The notes beneath the pieces are model-generated. The model ran no database searches. It was not told where the DNA came from and worked only from the letters and a program-made list of their open reading frames with translations. The position numbers and the translations under genes are program-made. 64,000 nt of DNA. It comes from Heptranchias perlo (lineage: Eukaryota). Positions within the stretch are counted from its first letter, which is position 1. The number at the start of each line of letters is the position of its first letter. Shown in pieces: positions 23,191 through 36,515 of the stretch. The stretch covers positions 72,106,001 to 72,170,000 of the forward strand of contig NC_090325.1 of assembly GCF_035084215.1 (NCBI RefSeq). Direction: 5' to 3'.

Positions 23191-23442
23191 AGAAATGGGA
23201 AGATGAACGGAAGTTAGACCATGTAAAGAGCCATTTATCAAGAAATGGGAAGATGAACGTAAGTTAGACCATGTAAAGAGCCATTTATCAAGAAATGGGA
23301 AGATGAACGTAAGTTCGACCATGTAAAGAGCCATTTATCAAGAAATGGGAAGATGAACGGAAGTTAGACCATGTAAAGAGCCATTTATCAAGAAATGGGA
23401 AGATGAACGGAAGTTCGACCATGTAAAGAGCCATTTATCAAG
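23191..23442. repeat. 50-bp tandem repeat x5 inside the transposase zinc finger
   Basis: AGAAATGGGAAGATGAACG... at 23191, 23241, 23291, 23341, 23391. Confidence 0.95.
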
Positions 23443-24456
23443 CAAATCACATGAATCTGCTGTGGTTGTTCTTAGAAACAGAAATTCTCACCCACTGGGA
23501 TTTTGTTTGAGGAAAATGTTAACAGAAACTGCTGCTGACAGAGAGAATAGAATGGACCTGATAGCGAGACAGTGATCGAAGCCAGATGAAATAAAGATTC
23601 TCATAGACAACGTACTGCTTGGAGTACAAATGAACAACTCCATGTACTCTGTGCAACATACACCCGACCATATGGCTAAATATCTCCAGGTACCAGCGAA
23701 CTGGCATAGCAAAAACTATGTCTTTGAATTTTTGGAATCAATCAACATTGTCGTCCATGCAGAAATTATGTCAGAGATTCGCCAATCTTTATTTCATACA
23801 CTAATTAATTATTGATGAGAGCACGGATATTTCAGTCAGCAAGATGCTTATCATTTATTTTAAGTTCAGGGAAGCTGCTTCTGCAGTGCACAAGACACTT
23901 AGTGTTCGGTGGAATTGTTAAGTTAACTTCTTGCAATGCACTGGCTATTACAACAGCTATCAAAGACTTCTATACTCTGAATCAGCTGGACATGATGAAA
24001 ATGGTGATGTTCACTTCAGATGCTGCTTCTGTCATGCTGGGAAAAAAACAATGATGTTGCCACACAGCTTAAGCAGTCCATTCCACATTTAGTGGAGCAA
24101 CACTGTGTGGCCCATCGAGAAGATTTGGGAATAGTTGATGCCTGGAACAAAGTACCATTGATAAAGGAAATAGAGACATTGCTGAAAACCATTTATACAG
24201 TCTTCTGCAGATCTTCAGTTAGAAAAGGACAATTTGAGGATATTGCAAATATCACAGAATGTGAAGCTGTGTCCTTTCGACCTCTAAATGAAGTGAGGAA
24301 GCTATCGAGATATTTTGCTGTTAGTGCTCTGATGTGCAATTACTATGCTCTTCTTCAATACTTTGAGCATGAAAAGCCAGAGAACAGAGAACAATGACCC
24401 AGTTGCCAAGTATTGCCTGAAGAAGCTCACATTGCACCATAGTGGCATTGAATGAT

Positions 24457-26270
24457 ATAGAATCATAAAATCACAGAAAGGTTACAGCACGGAAGGAGGC
24501 CATTCAGCCCATCGAGTCCATGCCGGCTCTGTGCAAGAGCAATCCAGCTAGGCCGCTCCCCCGCCCTATCCCTGTAGCCCTGCAAATTACTTCCTTTCAA
24601 GTACTTATCCAGTTCTTTTTTGAAGGCCATGATTGAATCTGCCTCCACCACCCCCTCGGGCAGTGCGTTCCAGATCCTAACTGCTCGCTGTGTGAAAAAG
24701 TTTTTCCTCATGTCACCTTTGGATCTTCTGCCAATCACCTTAAATCTATGTCCTCTGGTTTTTGACCCTTCCACCAATGAGAACAGTTTCTCTCTATCTA
24801 CTCTGTCTAGACCCTTCATAATTTTGAATATCTCTAATCAAATCTCCTCTCAACCTTCTCTGTTCCAAGGAGAACAACCCCAGGTTTTCCAGTCTATCCA
24901 TGTAACTAAAGTCCCTCATCCCTGGAATCATTCTACTAAATCTCTTCTGAACCCTTACTAAGGCCTTCACATCTTTTCTGAAGTGAGATGCCCAGAACTG
25001 GACACAATACTCCATTTGTGGCCGAACCAGTGTTTTATAAAGGTTCATCATGACTTCCATACTTTTGTACTCTGTGTCTCTATTTATAAAGCCCAGGATC
25101 CCGTATGCTTTTTTAACCACTTTCTCAACCTGCTCTGCCAACTTCAACAATTTGTGCACATATACCCCCAGATCTCTCTGTTCCTGTACCCCTTTTAGAG
25201 CTGTGCCCTCTAGTTTATATTGCCTCTCTTCGTTCTTCCTACCAAAATGTATCACTTCACATTTTTCTGCATTAAATTTTATCTGCCACGTGTCTGCCCA
25301 TGCCACCAGCCTGACCATATCCTCTTAAAGTCTATCACTATCCTCCTCACTGTTTACTACCCTTCCAAGCTTTGTGTCATCTGCAAATTTTGAAATTGTG
25401 CCCTGTATACCCAAGTCCAAGTCATTAATATATATCAAGAAAAGCAGTGGTCCCAGCACCAACCCCTGGGGAGCACCACTGCACACCTCCCTCCAATCCA
25501 AAAAACAACCTTTCACCACTACTCTCTGTTTCCTGTCCCTTAGCCAATTCTGTATCCATGTTGCTACGACCCACTTTGTTCCATGGGCAGCAATCTTGAT
25601 AATAAGCCTACCGTGCGGCACTTTATCAAACGCCTTTTGAAAGTCCATATACACCATATGAACTGCATTGCCCTCATCCACCCTCTCTATTACCTTAAGA
25701 AAAAACTCTACCAGGTTAGTTAAACACGATTTGCCTTTCACAAATCCATGCTGGCTTTCCCTAATCAATCCACCCTCGTCCAAGTGACTGTTAATTCTGT
25801 CCTGGATTATCGTTTCTAAAAGTTTCCCCACCATTGAGGTTAACCTGACTGGCCTATAGTTGCTGGGTTTATCCTTGCACCCTTTTTTGAACAAGTGTGT
25901 AACATTTGGAATTCTCCAGTCCGCTGGCACCACCCCCGTATCTACGGATGTTTGGAAGATTATGGCCAGTACCTCCGCAATTTCCACCCTTACATCCCTC
26001 AGCAGCCTAGGATGCATCCCATCCAGACTGGGTGACTTATCTACTTTAAGTACAGCTAGCCTTTCAAGTACCTCTTCTTTATCAATTTTTAGCCCATCCA
26101 CTATCTCAACTATATCTTCCTTTACTGAGACTCTGGCAGCATCTTCTTCCTTGGTAAAGACAGATGCAAAGTACTCATTTAGTACCTCAGCCATCCCTTC
26201 TGCCTCATTGAGTAGATTTCCTTTATGGTCCCTAATCGGCCCCACCCCCCCCCCCCTTACTACCTGTTTA
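24457..26270 (-). mobile_element. CR1 LINE, 5' truncated, inside hAT
   Basis: ORFs 25325-26245, 24794-25318, 24463-24819 with RT motifs (DFQKAFDKV, KFADDTK); (ATTCTATG)-like tail. Confidence 0.93.
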
Positions 26271-26548
26271 TTCTTTGTGAGCTAGCAGAATTGTGCAAAT
26301 GCTTTCAGAAGAGATGTTTAACAACAATCGAAGCTGTTCAGTTAACAAGGGCCAAGATCCGCAGGTTCAGAGGACAGTATCTCGGCGAGACAGTCTTCTG
26401 GTGCAACACAGTGAAAAATCGAATTGCGTCATGCACAAGAGATGAACCATTCAAGGGAGATTCCATTCTGACATTCGTATCCCTACTACGTGATCGTCTG
26501 GAAAAAAGATTCCCAGAAAATGAACGGTCCGCTTTTGATTTTGCTTCA

Positions 26549-27752
26549 CTTTTTAAAAATTCGTTCACGGGATGTGGGCGTCGCTGGCGAGGCCAGCATT
26601 TATTGCCCATCCCTAATTGCCCTCGAGAAGGTGGTGGTGAGCCGCCTTCTTGAACCGCTGCAGTCCGTGTGGTGACGGTTCTCCCACAGTGCTGTTAGGA
26701 AGGGAGTTCCAGGATTTTGACCCAGCGACGATGAAGGAACGGCGATATATTTCCAAGTCGGGATGGTGTGTGACTTGGAGGGTAACGTGCAGGTGGTGTT
26801 GTTCCCATGTTCCTGCTGCTCTTGTCCTTCTAGGTGGTAGAGGTCGCGGGTTTGGGAGGTGCTGTCGAAGAAGCCTTGGCGAGTTGCTGCAGTGCATCCT
26901 GTGGATGGTACACACTGCAGCCACAGAGCGCCGGTGGTGAAGGGAGTGAATGTTTAGGGTGATGGATGGGGTGCCAATCAAGCGGGCTGCTTTATCTTGG
27001 ATGGTGTCGAGCTTCTTGAGTGTTGTTGGAGCTGCACTCATCCAGGCAAGTGGAGAGTATTCCATCACACTCCTGACTTGTGCCTTGTAGATGGTGGAAA
27101 GGCTTTGGGGAGTCAGGAGGTGAGTCACTCGCCGCAGAACACCCAGCCTCTGACCTGCTCTCGTAGCCACAGTATTTATATGGCTGGTCCAGTTCAGTTT
27201 CTGGTCAATGGTGACCCCCAGGATGTTGATGGTGGGGGATTCGGCGATGGTAATGCCGTTGAATGTCAAGGGGAGGTGGTTCGACTTTCTCTTGTTGGAG
27301 ATGGTCATTGCCTGGCACTTATCTGGCGCGAATGTTACTTGCCACTTATCAGCCCAAGCCTGGATGTTGTCCAGGTCTTGCTGCATGCGGGCTCGGACTG
27401 CTTCATTATCTGAGGGGTTGCGAATGGAACTGAACACTGTGCAGTCATCAGCGAACATCCCCATTTCTGACCTTATGATGGAGGGAAGGTCATTGATGAA
27501 GCAGCTGAAGATGGTTGGGCCTAGGACACTGCCCTGAGGAACTCCTGCAGCAATGCCCTGGGGCTGAGATGATTGGCCTCCAACAACCACTACCATCTTC
27601 CTTTGTGCTAGGTATGACTCCAGCCACTGGAGAGTTTTCCCCCTGATTCCCATGGACTTTTACTAGGGCTCCTTGGTGCCACACTCGGTCAAATGCTGCC
27701 TTGATGTCAAGGGCAGTCACTCTCACCTCACCTCTGGAATTCAGCTCTTTTG
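26549..27752 (-). mobile_element. tRNA-headed LINE family, 5' truncated copy inside hAT
   Basis: ORF 26613-27653 (346 aa) is an RT C-terminal half with FADD; same 3' tail. Confidence 0.93.
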
Positions 27753-29789
27753 TGCACCACAACAAATCAGCCATGAATTTGGCACTGAGAATATTGAAAA
27801 GCTGGTTGATAAATACAGACAAATCCTGATCCTTGGTCAAGTAAGGTCTTCTGGGCAAAACATCATGGATGAGATGGAACTCGTTGTGAGCCAATACAAT
27901 GACTACAAGTACTTAATTACAGAGATGATTGAAACAAAGTCATTGAAAACATTTCAGGACATGGTGACTTTCAGTCTACAAAATGCAGAACGGTACAGTG
28001 TGCTTTCACAACTAGTGGATAAATGTGCAACATTTCAAGCTTCAAACGTTGATTGTGAGCGTGGCTTCAGCCTTATGAATAATATAAAAATGAAATCACA
28101 AAACAGTTTGAAAGAAGATCACCTTGATATGCTTATACGGATCAAATCTCATCTGTCAAGTGATAGAGAAGTAAACCTGGACAAAATATACAAACACTGG
28201 AAGAGAGGGAGAGACAGAAGAGAAAAACATCTGAACCAGAGACAGTCACCCTCTTCTCCATCATCTGGCCTGTCATCTACAGACTCTGGGTCTCAATCAG
28301 GATGTCTCCATTCCTATGGTGGCAGTGTTCACTTCTGAGATTTCTATCACCAGTCTTGTTTAATTAAAAATCCATGACAGTTCGCCTTGTTACAAATATC
28401 CATTACTTTATACATTTGTTCTGTTTGTTATTTACCGTGAATAATGTTTTCTAAAAAAGCTGTTCTATTCAAAGTTGTGATTTTTTTTCCGGTGGTGCAC
28501 ACAGCACAAACCCAAATTCATTCCACACATGGACACAAAAAAAATTAGAGGGAACATAGATCCCCACCATACTTCTGCCGAAGGATTACTGTCTGCTGAC
28601 GGAGAGGGAGCAATTTCAAGGAATTTCCTGATCCAGATTTATTGAATTCAGTTTTGCAATTTGCCAAGGTGGGAGTTGAACTGATGATCTCTGGGTTGCT
28701 AATACAGGATCACCACAAGCAGTGGAAATAATCTTCCACCATTTACTCCCTCAAAACCCATCAACCCAAGCAGGACTCTCCAAAGAAGCTGCTGTGGAGG
28801 TAGGAGGAGCAGGAGTGCTCTCCGGAATCCATAGTATTCCTCTCCTGCTCCAAAATTGTAGTGGGCTGAATATCTTCTGGAATGGGGCAATAAGTAATGC
28901 AATGTGATTTTTGACTCACTACCGCTCCACTGCTGCTCGGAAATTGGGATGAAAATTGGCATCGGTGTCTTTCCTCATCTCAATTTGAGTTCATTTTTTT
29001 TTTAAAAAAACACAAATGCGTTGAACTTTGAAAATAAACAAAGGCTTTAATTATCACTAATGCTATACTCAGAGTGCACAAACATTCTAATTATTGATAT
29101 CTGTGGCTTACAGAGATGGACAGAAAGCAAGAGATATACTTCCAGGAACTAATTACAAAACATCAAATTTATTGTTTGCAGAGGTCAGAAAGTCACAAAT
29201 TAATGCTGCCAGACCTGAGACTCTCCCACCCAGTGCTGTCAGACCCAAGCCCTCCCCTCCTCTCACTGTTAACAGACACTGCGGGGTAATTTTAACCTCC
29301 AAGAATGGGTGGGTGGGTAGTGAAAATCATAGGTTTTTGTAGTGCGACTGCAACCTGGTACCAACGTGGCCACTTCCCGATTTAAGTGGGTGCGTTTGAA
29401 TGCGCGCACGCAGCCGAAACTCAGAAGTGGCGTCCCCAATTACTGCCAGCAGGTGAGTACTTAGCGCATCAATTAAGGTCATTGAGGTAGTTCAGGTAGG
29501 TATTTTTTAATTGCTTCTTAAACAGAAACAAATTTAACTTCTCCTGCACGGGTTTCCCGGGCCTCCTAAATCTCGCCTGTGAAACAGAGGCGAGTTTCAG
29601 CCAATATTGATTTGGGCTTTTAAGCCTGTGATTGGCGTATCTCAATTAAAGCTCAGGTATTGCAGCTGGTCTCTCAGACAAACTTGAGACTGAGGGTTCT
29701 TGTGTTGAGACTGAGGGTTCTTGTGTTGAGACATCTTTAACAAAACATTGGAGCCTCTCAAACTGACAAGATCAGGCTGAGGGGGCACA

Positions 29790-30677
29790 ATGGATGTATT
29801 CCAGAGGACGAGGAAAATGACCATCCACAGCAGCCACGTCGTGCTGTGTTGGGATCTGCAGGTGCACAAGAGAGAGGTGCACAACACGGATCTGGAGAAC
29901 AGCAGAGAGGGGAGCAATGTATTGCCCGTCGCAGTAAAAGTAACCGTTGCCATCAATTTCTTTGCCTCTGGATCCCTCCAGAGTGCCACTGGTGACATCT
30001 CTAGGGTCTCTCAATCGTCTGTGTATGCCAGGGGCATCAGATTACGTGAACTTCCCCGCGACGACAACAGCCAGAATGAGCGAGCAGTGGGTTTTGCCCC
30101 TCTGGCTGATTTCCCACGGGTGCAGGGTGCCATCGATTGCGCACTCGTGGCAGTCCGAGGACCACCACATGAACCAGGAGGCTTCATAAACTGAAAGAAC
30201 TATCACTCCATCAATGCACGACTGGTGTGCAACTACAGGAAGAAATTTCTGCAGGCGTGCGCCAGATTCCCTGGCAGCTGTCAGTATGCGTTCGTTTTGA
30301 GCCATTCCAACATTCTAGACCTCTTCCAAGCAGGAGACAGACTTAAGGGCTGGCTCGTTGGAGACAAGGGATACCCCCTGCAAACATGGCTCATGACACC
30401 TGTGAGGAAACTCACCAATGAGGCACAAGAGCAATACAACCAGAGCCTCATGACCACCAGGTGCGTCATTGAGCAAGTCATCGGTATGTTAAAGATGCTC
30501 TTCAGGTGCCTGGATAGGTCTGGAGGTACCCTTCGTTACTCGCAAGCAAGGGTGTCCAGTACAATTGTGATGTGCTGCGTCCCGCACAACATAGCGCAGC
30601 AGAGAGGATTAGAGGCGCAGGAGGATGAAGGCGCTCATCAATCACCCTCTGTTGATGACAAGATTGAAGAAGAGTAA
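29790..30677 (+). pseudogene. Harbinger (HARBI1-like) DDE nuclease
   Basis: VAVKVTVAINFFASGS, VQGAIDC, WLVGDKGYPL, TRCVIEQVIGMLK; internal deletions and TGA at 30192. Confidence 0.9.
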
Positions 30678-31100
30678 ATGGATGAGGAGGGCGAGGAGGA
30701 GGAATATGATGATGGTACACCCAACGACCGACCAGCCGCGCCCATTGCTGCCCGGAATGCCCTAGTCTCTCACAGGTTCTCTTAACAACAGTGGCAAAAG
30801 GGATACATTGAGATACACAGACCAGCTGGCAAAACCACCACCACCAACCCCCTGCCACCCACATTGTACGAAACACTCCTTCAACCATGCAAACACCTAT
30901 TTCACACTTGCCCAATGGGTTCTGTCATGTATTGGCATTCATCATGAAGCAAATGAGAGGGCAACTTAACACTCAGGACGCAATAATGGCCAAAACGTGG
31001 AAGTGGTGATAATCAACACATTTAATGCGCCAATATTTTAAAAAATGAAACTTAATAACATAACATTTCTTCAAACACGCATGTGCATACCCTTGGTGAA

Positions 31101-33125
31101 CTACAATTGCTTGAATTTACACTTCCTACAGTTTCTAAGTGGTGCATCCACTATGGCCTCAGAGATAGTGGCAGGTTGCTCAGATCCCTGCTGTGACTGC
31201 TGAGATGCTTTTGGCCAATGGCCTCTGGGTTTTGGAGCCCGTGGGGGTCCCACCGGAGGAACAGAGAAATTTGGGGGTATATATACACAAATCGTTGAAG
31301 GTAGCAGGGCTTTATAAATAGAGGCATAGAGTACAAAAGTAAGGAAGTCATGATGAATCTTTATAAAACGCTGGTTCGGCCACAACTGGAGTCCTATGTC
31401 CTGTTCTGGGCACCGCACTTCAGAAAAGATGTGCAGGCCTTAGAGAGGGTGCAGAAGAGATTTACTGGAATGATTCCAGGTATGAGGGACTTTAGTTACA
31501 TGGATAGACTGGAAAACCTGGGGTTGTTCTCCTTGGAACAGAGATGGTAGAGAGGAGATTTGATAGAGGTGTTCAAAATCATGAAGGGTCTAGACAGAGT
31601 AGATAGAGAGAAACTGTTCCCATTGGCGGAAGGGTCAAAAACCAGAGGACATAGATTTATGTTGATTGGCAAAAGAACCAAAGGTGACATGAGGACAAAC
31701 TTTTTTTACACAGCGAGTGGTTAGGATCTGGAATTCACTGCCTGAGGGGGTGGTGGAGACAGATTCAATCATGGCCTTCAGAAGGGAACTGGATAAGTAC
31801 TTGAAAGGAAAATAATTGCAGGGCTACGGGGAAAGGGCAGGGGAGTGGGTCTAGCTGGATTGTTCTTGCATAGAGCCGGCACAGACTCGATCCACTAATG
31901 TTGGAGTTGGACTCCTCCATCCTCTCTGCTATTGTGGACAGTGTGCGTGGTACATTTATCAGTACCTCGCAAAGGTGTAACTGTACCTCAATCATTCTCC
32001 TTCTCAACGATGGCCCCCAGGGATCAACATCTGCGTCCAGCTGAGCAGAGCTTGGAGAGGAATGCGCCTTCTGACGCGGAGTCTCCACAGCTGCCCCTGC
32101 CACCACTGTCCACTTGTTCTCACTTGCGAGTTGTGAATCATTGGGTGACAACCCAACTAACTCTCTGCCTGGACCCACCGAAGTGCGAGTATCTGCGTTG
32201 GTGCATGGTTGTATATCCTGTGGTGTGCACCCTCAGAAGCTCCTCTGAGGAATCGATGTCTTACATCTCAACCGTTCATCTTCTATGTGTGAAGGCCCTG
32301 GATGACAACAGAAAGCGATGTGAATTAGTCATTGGCAAAGTAACAATCTTGCTAATCACCATAGTCAGGTTTCTCATAGTTCAGTCATTAATGAAATAAA
32401 GTCATCATGTGTGTGAAAGATGTTTAAGTTCTGTCATGAGGTATCTGTGGGTTCCCAGTCTCTCCATCTCCGATGAGTAGGGATGCAGATGCCTCACTTA
32501 TCTCTACGGCCTGCTCCTCTGTATCTGTTAGCGGGACTATTTGTGGATGGCCACCTCCAGTGCTCGTGCTGTCCCTTGCGTTTTGCACGCTCTTCTCCTA
32601 CAAGAGGCAAAAGAACAGACCTGTGAGTGACTGAAGGGACATATTCACCTGATGGATGCAGTGCATTGGGTGAGGGTGACTATGAGACAGATGCATCACA
32701 TTGCATCAGTATTGGTGTGAGTGGCAGTGGTGGATGGATACATGGGGAGGTGAGGTAGTGCATAGAAAGTGAAGGATGGGTGCTGCTGAAACTTAAGTGG
32801 GTGTGAGGAGTGATGTGAATGAGTAGGCTTGGCAAGACAGAGTGAGAGGGGGGCATGGTACGCCACAGGATGTAGGTGAATCAGCAATTGTACTCACTTT
32901 TCCTGACTTGGTTAGGTCATTAAAGCACTTCCTGCACTGCAGCCAAGACCTGGGCGCCGTCACCTCCTCAGTCACCTCCAGCCAGGCCTTCTTGGCGGTA
33001 GAACCAGGTTTCTTTCTCCCATCACTTGGGTAAATGACCTCCCTCCTGGTTCTCAGTGCAACCAGCAATACTTCAAATGAAGCATCCGAGAACCTGGGTG
33101 CTGCCTTAACTCTCTTGGTATCCAT
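31101..33125 (-). pseudogene. Harbinger Myb/SANT-like gene, 3 exons (33125-32898, 32597-32438, 32297-31101)
   Basis: APRFSDASFEVLL...RSWLQCRKCFNDL then GTGAGT donor; exon 2 is 160 nt as in copy 1; exon 3 partly replaced by CR1. Confidence 0.85.
31257..31891 (+). mobile_element. CR1 internal/3' fragment lacking terminal tail
   Basis: LYKTLVRPQLE...FWAPHFRKD; closely similar to the 24457 copy; stops at GACTCGAT. Confidence 0.9.
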
Positions 33126-36100
33126 ACCTTTATTTCCTCCTTTCTCCGCCAAAATCCATTTTTACATTGGCCCTTTAAATAGTGGAGTTCTGATCGCATC
33201 ATCCGGGTGCGCACTACACCCACTGCGTAGCTTGGAGACACGAAGTAAAAATAACTGCCTTCAATTGAGTTGCGATCGCAAATTCCGGGGCACCCACTTC
33301 ACTTTCAGGTTTCCCATGCGTAAATCTACCCCCCCCCCCCCCCACCCCCCCCCACCCCCCGCCACCCCACTCCCCGCTCTCTTCCCGGTTCCAGGTAAAA
33401 ATCATGCCCCATCAATGAGTCAAATTGCATATTACAGCTCCCAGTTTTGCCATATTTCAAACTCTCCATGGTGATGCCAGACCATAGATTTCCCCTTTTG
33501 CTGCCAAACCCCAGCAGCTCCAGTGCAGCGGTGCCTAACTCCAGGACACCCAACCCAGTTCTGCTAAAGCTCAGGATCAACCTCTATTGCTACCAGAACC
33601 CAGGATTACACCCAGTGCTGCTAATCCCCTCTCCCTTTACCCAGTTCTGCTACATACCAGAGGGCAGAAATTGTAGTGACATCATTCCATCTGTCATTCT
33701 GTTCGCACTGTGACCCCATCCCAAATCCTGGGGACGGATTCATTTGAATATTAAGGAGTGGGCAGCATGCCACTAGTGGCACCGGAGGAGCACCCAACCC
33801 ATGAAACGGGAAGATTATTGTGGGCTCCTTCCCACTTCATGGGAGAGGGCTACCGGCCAGTTTGGCTACAGATGAAAACTCTTCTAAAATTCTTCTATGC
33901 AGTCCCCTCAATGGTGGGCCCCAAAATTCCATCTAGGATCATTATTCATTTCAAACTGGCATTGTGGGGGCAACATAGCAAGTGTGCTTGCCTATTGTGG
34001 ACATACTAACCACTGGCTGCAATACAGCCGTTTCTGCCAGGATTTCCTCTGTGCCTGTGAACCCCTCAGATGTGTCGGGGTAGATGGGACACGGACAGGA
34101 AAAGCACCTAACACCCTCTGTTGGAAGTTTCCAGTTCTGCAAAGAAGGGATGGAAACCTGACCGAGGTGGGTATCATCCTAATTTGCAGCTCCTCCACTC
34201 CCAGGATGCCTGATTTCCACTCCAAAAAAAGAGCGGAGGTTTTTGGCTCCGCTATCTAACTCCAGCTGATGCATCTTACCATCTTACTGTGCATTCTCAG
34301 CTTTATAACTGTTAAGTGATAAAAATTAAATGCATAGGTAAAGGAATATACATACAAAATAAAAGCCAATCATTTATGATTTTCACAGAATAATGGGCAC
34401 AGTTGTGAAATTCAATCCCCAAAGCACCAATAAAAACCCCAAAATACCCTTTAATAAAAAGGTTGGGAGCTTCTTATTTGGTGAATCAGAGCATCAAAGC
34501 TGCATCCAGCTATTCAGTGGAACCACACATTAGCACAGCATCTTTGGAATAACCTTCTTCGAGGATGCTTCTGAAACGCCAATTGATGCTCCATGTAGTT
34601 CAGTTTACATGCAAATCTGTTTGTTAAAACCTCCATTATATAATTTTTCCCAGCAGCGCTTGCAACATTATTTGTCAATTTGAAGTTTTTGTGGAAACAC
34701 TCATTTTTTAAACAATCAACAGGGTTTTGACTAATGGGGATAATTTTAAAAAAGATACGTTCATTTTCATCAGCCTTCCTTTATTAACAACTTTAGATTC
34801 CGTTCAGATTTAACACCTAACTAATTTGACAAGAAATGTAATACTTCTATCTAATGCGTGTACACAATAGTTGTGCTGGAAATCTATACTGGGGTCAGTA
34901 TGGTGCTTGTATTAAGTGAATGTTTTTCCAGATTCTACTGTTCGAGGGAAAAAGCCACTAAAAGCACAGAGACATCACCCACTGTGGTCCTATGCAGATA
35001 AATATTTACACTTCTCAGCAATAGGTGGGATGGGTTTCACTAGTTCTCAGCTAGGCTCTACTGTAGGTGAACATTGCTCAAAGAGAACAAAAAACACTTT
35101 GTACTTTATCTCTTTTAGCCCCTGTAGACTGAACATCATGTACTTTATATTGTCAGAAGTACTGCTCCATACAGCTCTGGGGTGCAAAAGGAAGCATTAC
35201 ATTTTCCATGCTCAGAACTGATTAGTAGCTATTTCTGCCACAACTTATCTGCTCATTTAACAGCAGAGACAAAAATTAATCTTTTGAATCTGGAACATTG
35301 CAATATGTGCAGCCATGCCACTAATGTATTATTAAATACAAATCTGTATGTTAATTAGAGGCCAGAGAAGTTTCAGAATTTATTCTCGTGTGAGGACTGA
35401 GGTTAATTTCCTGTACTCTTCTTACACTGCCTGAGATAAGACTCCAAAAATGGTCTGTTTTCATAACATCACATGTCTTATCTAAATATCCATCACTGTT
35501 AAAATATTTTAAATATAGCCATTTGGGAAGAAGGTGATGTGGTCATGTATCTGTTACCTGTGGCTATTGAAAATATCATACATTGCCACTGAAGAAGGTA
35601 TATATAGAATGGCAAAAATCAGGAAATTACATATTTCGCTGGCTTCATAACTGGTTCTTAAAATATACTAGTGATAAATACTGGCCTTGACAGTGACGCT
35701 CATATCTCAAGAATGAATTTTAAAAATTCTGAATTTAACAGTTCCACATTTTTTTCTTTAATTGTCAAGTGCACTGAGCAATGGAAAGATCCATAACTGG
35801 GTGAAGAATTCTGGTTAAGAAGTAATTTCACTGACATGTGCTGAGTGATTATTCATAAATCAATAAAAACCCTTAAGGACTGATTCTGGCCTAGATTGTT
35901 AGATTTGTATTCTGCTCACAGAAAAAGCCAGCTATCTTGTTCGTGGGAACTCCTTTCATGTGTTCTTGATGTACAAGGATGCAGCAATATTGCAATAATT
36001 TCGCAACTTATAAAAGATCAGAATTCATAGAGGCCATTCTGCCACCCAGCACTTCCTGTGGAGAGCGGCATTCACATGGAGCTCATCTTGGGAAACCATG

Positions 36101-36515
36101 TGCCAGTGATTTCCTGAGATGCTCTTGTTGCAAGCACCGCTCTCTACTGGGAGTGCCGGATCACTGGATCACCTCTCATGACAGCATTATTAGTACAGGA
36201 CGTCAGCGGCATTTGGGATTTGCTGTTGATACATCAGGAAAGATTTCCTCTGCACTGCAATGGCAACTGATCTTCGGCTAGGCAGGGCTGCCGGCCTTTA
36301 CCTTCGCCCCTGGCCCTGGCTGATTTAAAAGGTGCCACTGTGGCCATTTACCGCACCATTGGTGCGCCCGTGTCAGTGGAGGGAGTGAGGTCAAATGCTT
36401 TGATGTCTTGCCACAGCTTAGCTCTGGCATTGACAGCCTTAGTCAAAGTGTCCAGTTGAAATTTAAACCTCCCCTACTGCAAGCCTCAGCAATGCTTGTC
36501 TGTGTCTGATAGTGA

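Larger units (their letters stand above)
23061..28230 (+). pseudogene. hAT transposase, ZNF862-like, fragmented
   Basis: CxxC...H...H finger, IDESTD (about 23811), TSDAASVMLG, HCVAHR, C-terminal CERGFSLMNNIK dimerisation motif; interrupted by two LINEs. Confidence 0.88.
22467..28559 (+). mobile_element. hAT DNA transposon
   Basis: TIRs CACTGTTCCCTCTAA / TTAGAGGGAACATAG; 8-bp TSD GTTCCCAC / ATCCCCAC (6 of 8). Confidence 0.88.
22386..28633. mobile_element. About 150-bp MITE (22386-22466 + 28568-28633) split by the hAT element
   Basis: AACCAGGAAATTACTTGGA / TTCAAGGAATTTCCTGATC inverted ends, CAG duplicated on both sides. Confidence 0.6.
22103..28750 (-). mobile_element. Bipartite tRNA-headed SINE (parts 22103-22385 and 28634-28750), split by nested insertions
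   Basis: Head and body match LINE 4845-5160, joined directly to a tail matching LINE 8300-8375. Confidence 0.75.
29283..33410. mobile_element. PIF/Harbinger copy 2
   Basis: GGGGTAATTTTAAC start, GTAAAAATCATGCCCC end (approximate); convergent nuclease (+) and Myb (-). Confidence 0.85.

Noticed and set aside
23191-23442. CRISPR-like regular repeats (also 19573-19693, 1799-2070)
   Set aside because: Head-to-tail units with no unique spacers, eukaryotic context, no cas genes
27673-28338. 221-aa ORF as a novel fusion gene
   Set aside because: Antisense LINE sequence abutting the hAT C-terminal fragment; no evidence of expression
29790-30677. Domesticated HARBI1 host gene
   Set aside because: Stop, deletions, TIR-like ends and multiple paralogous relics indicate a transposon
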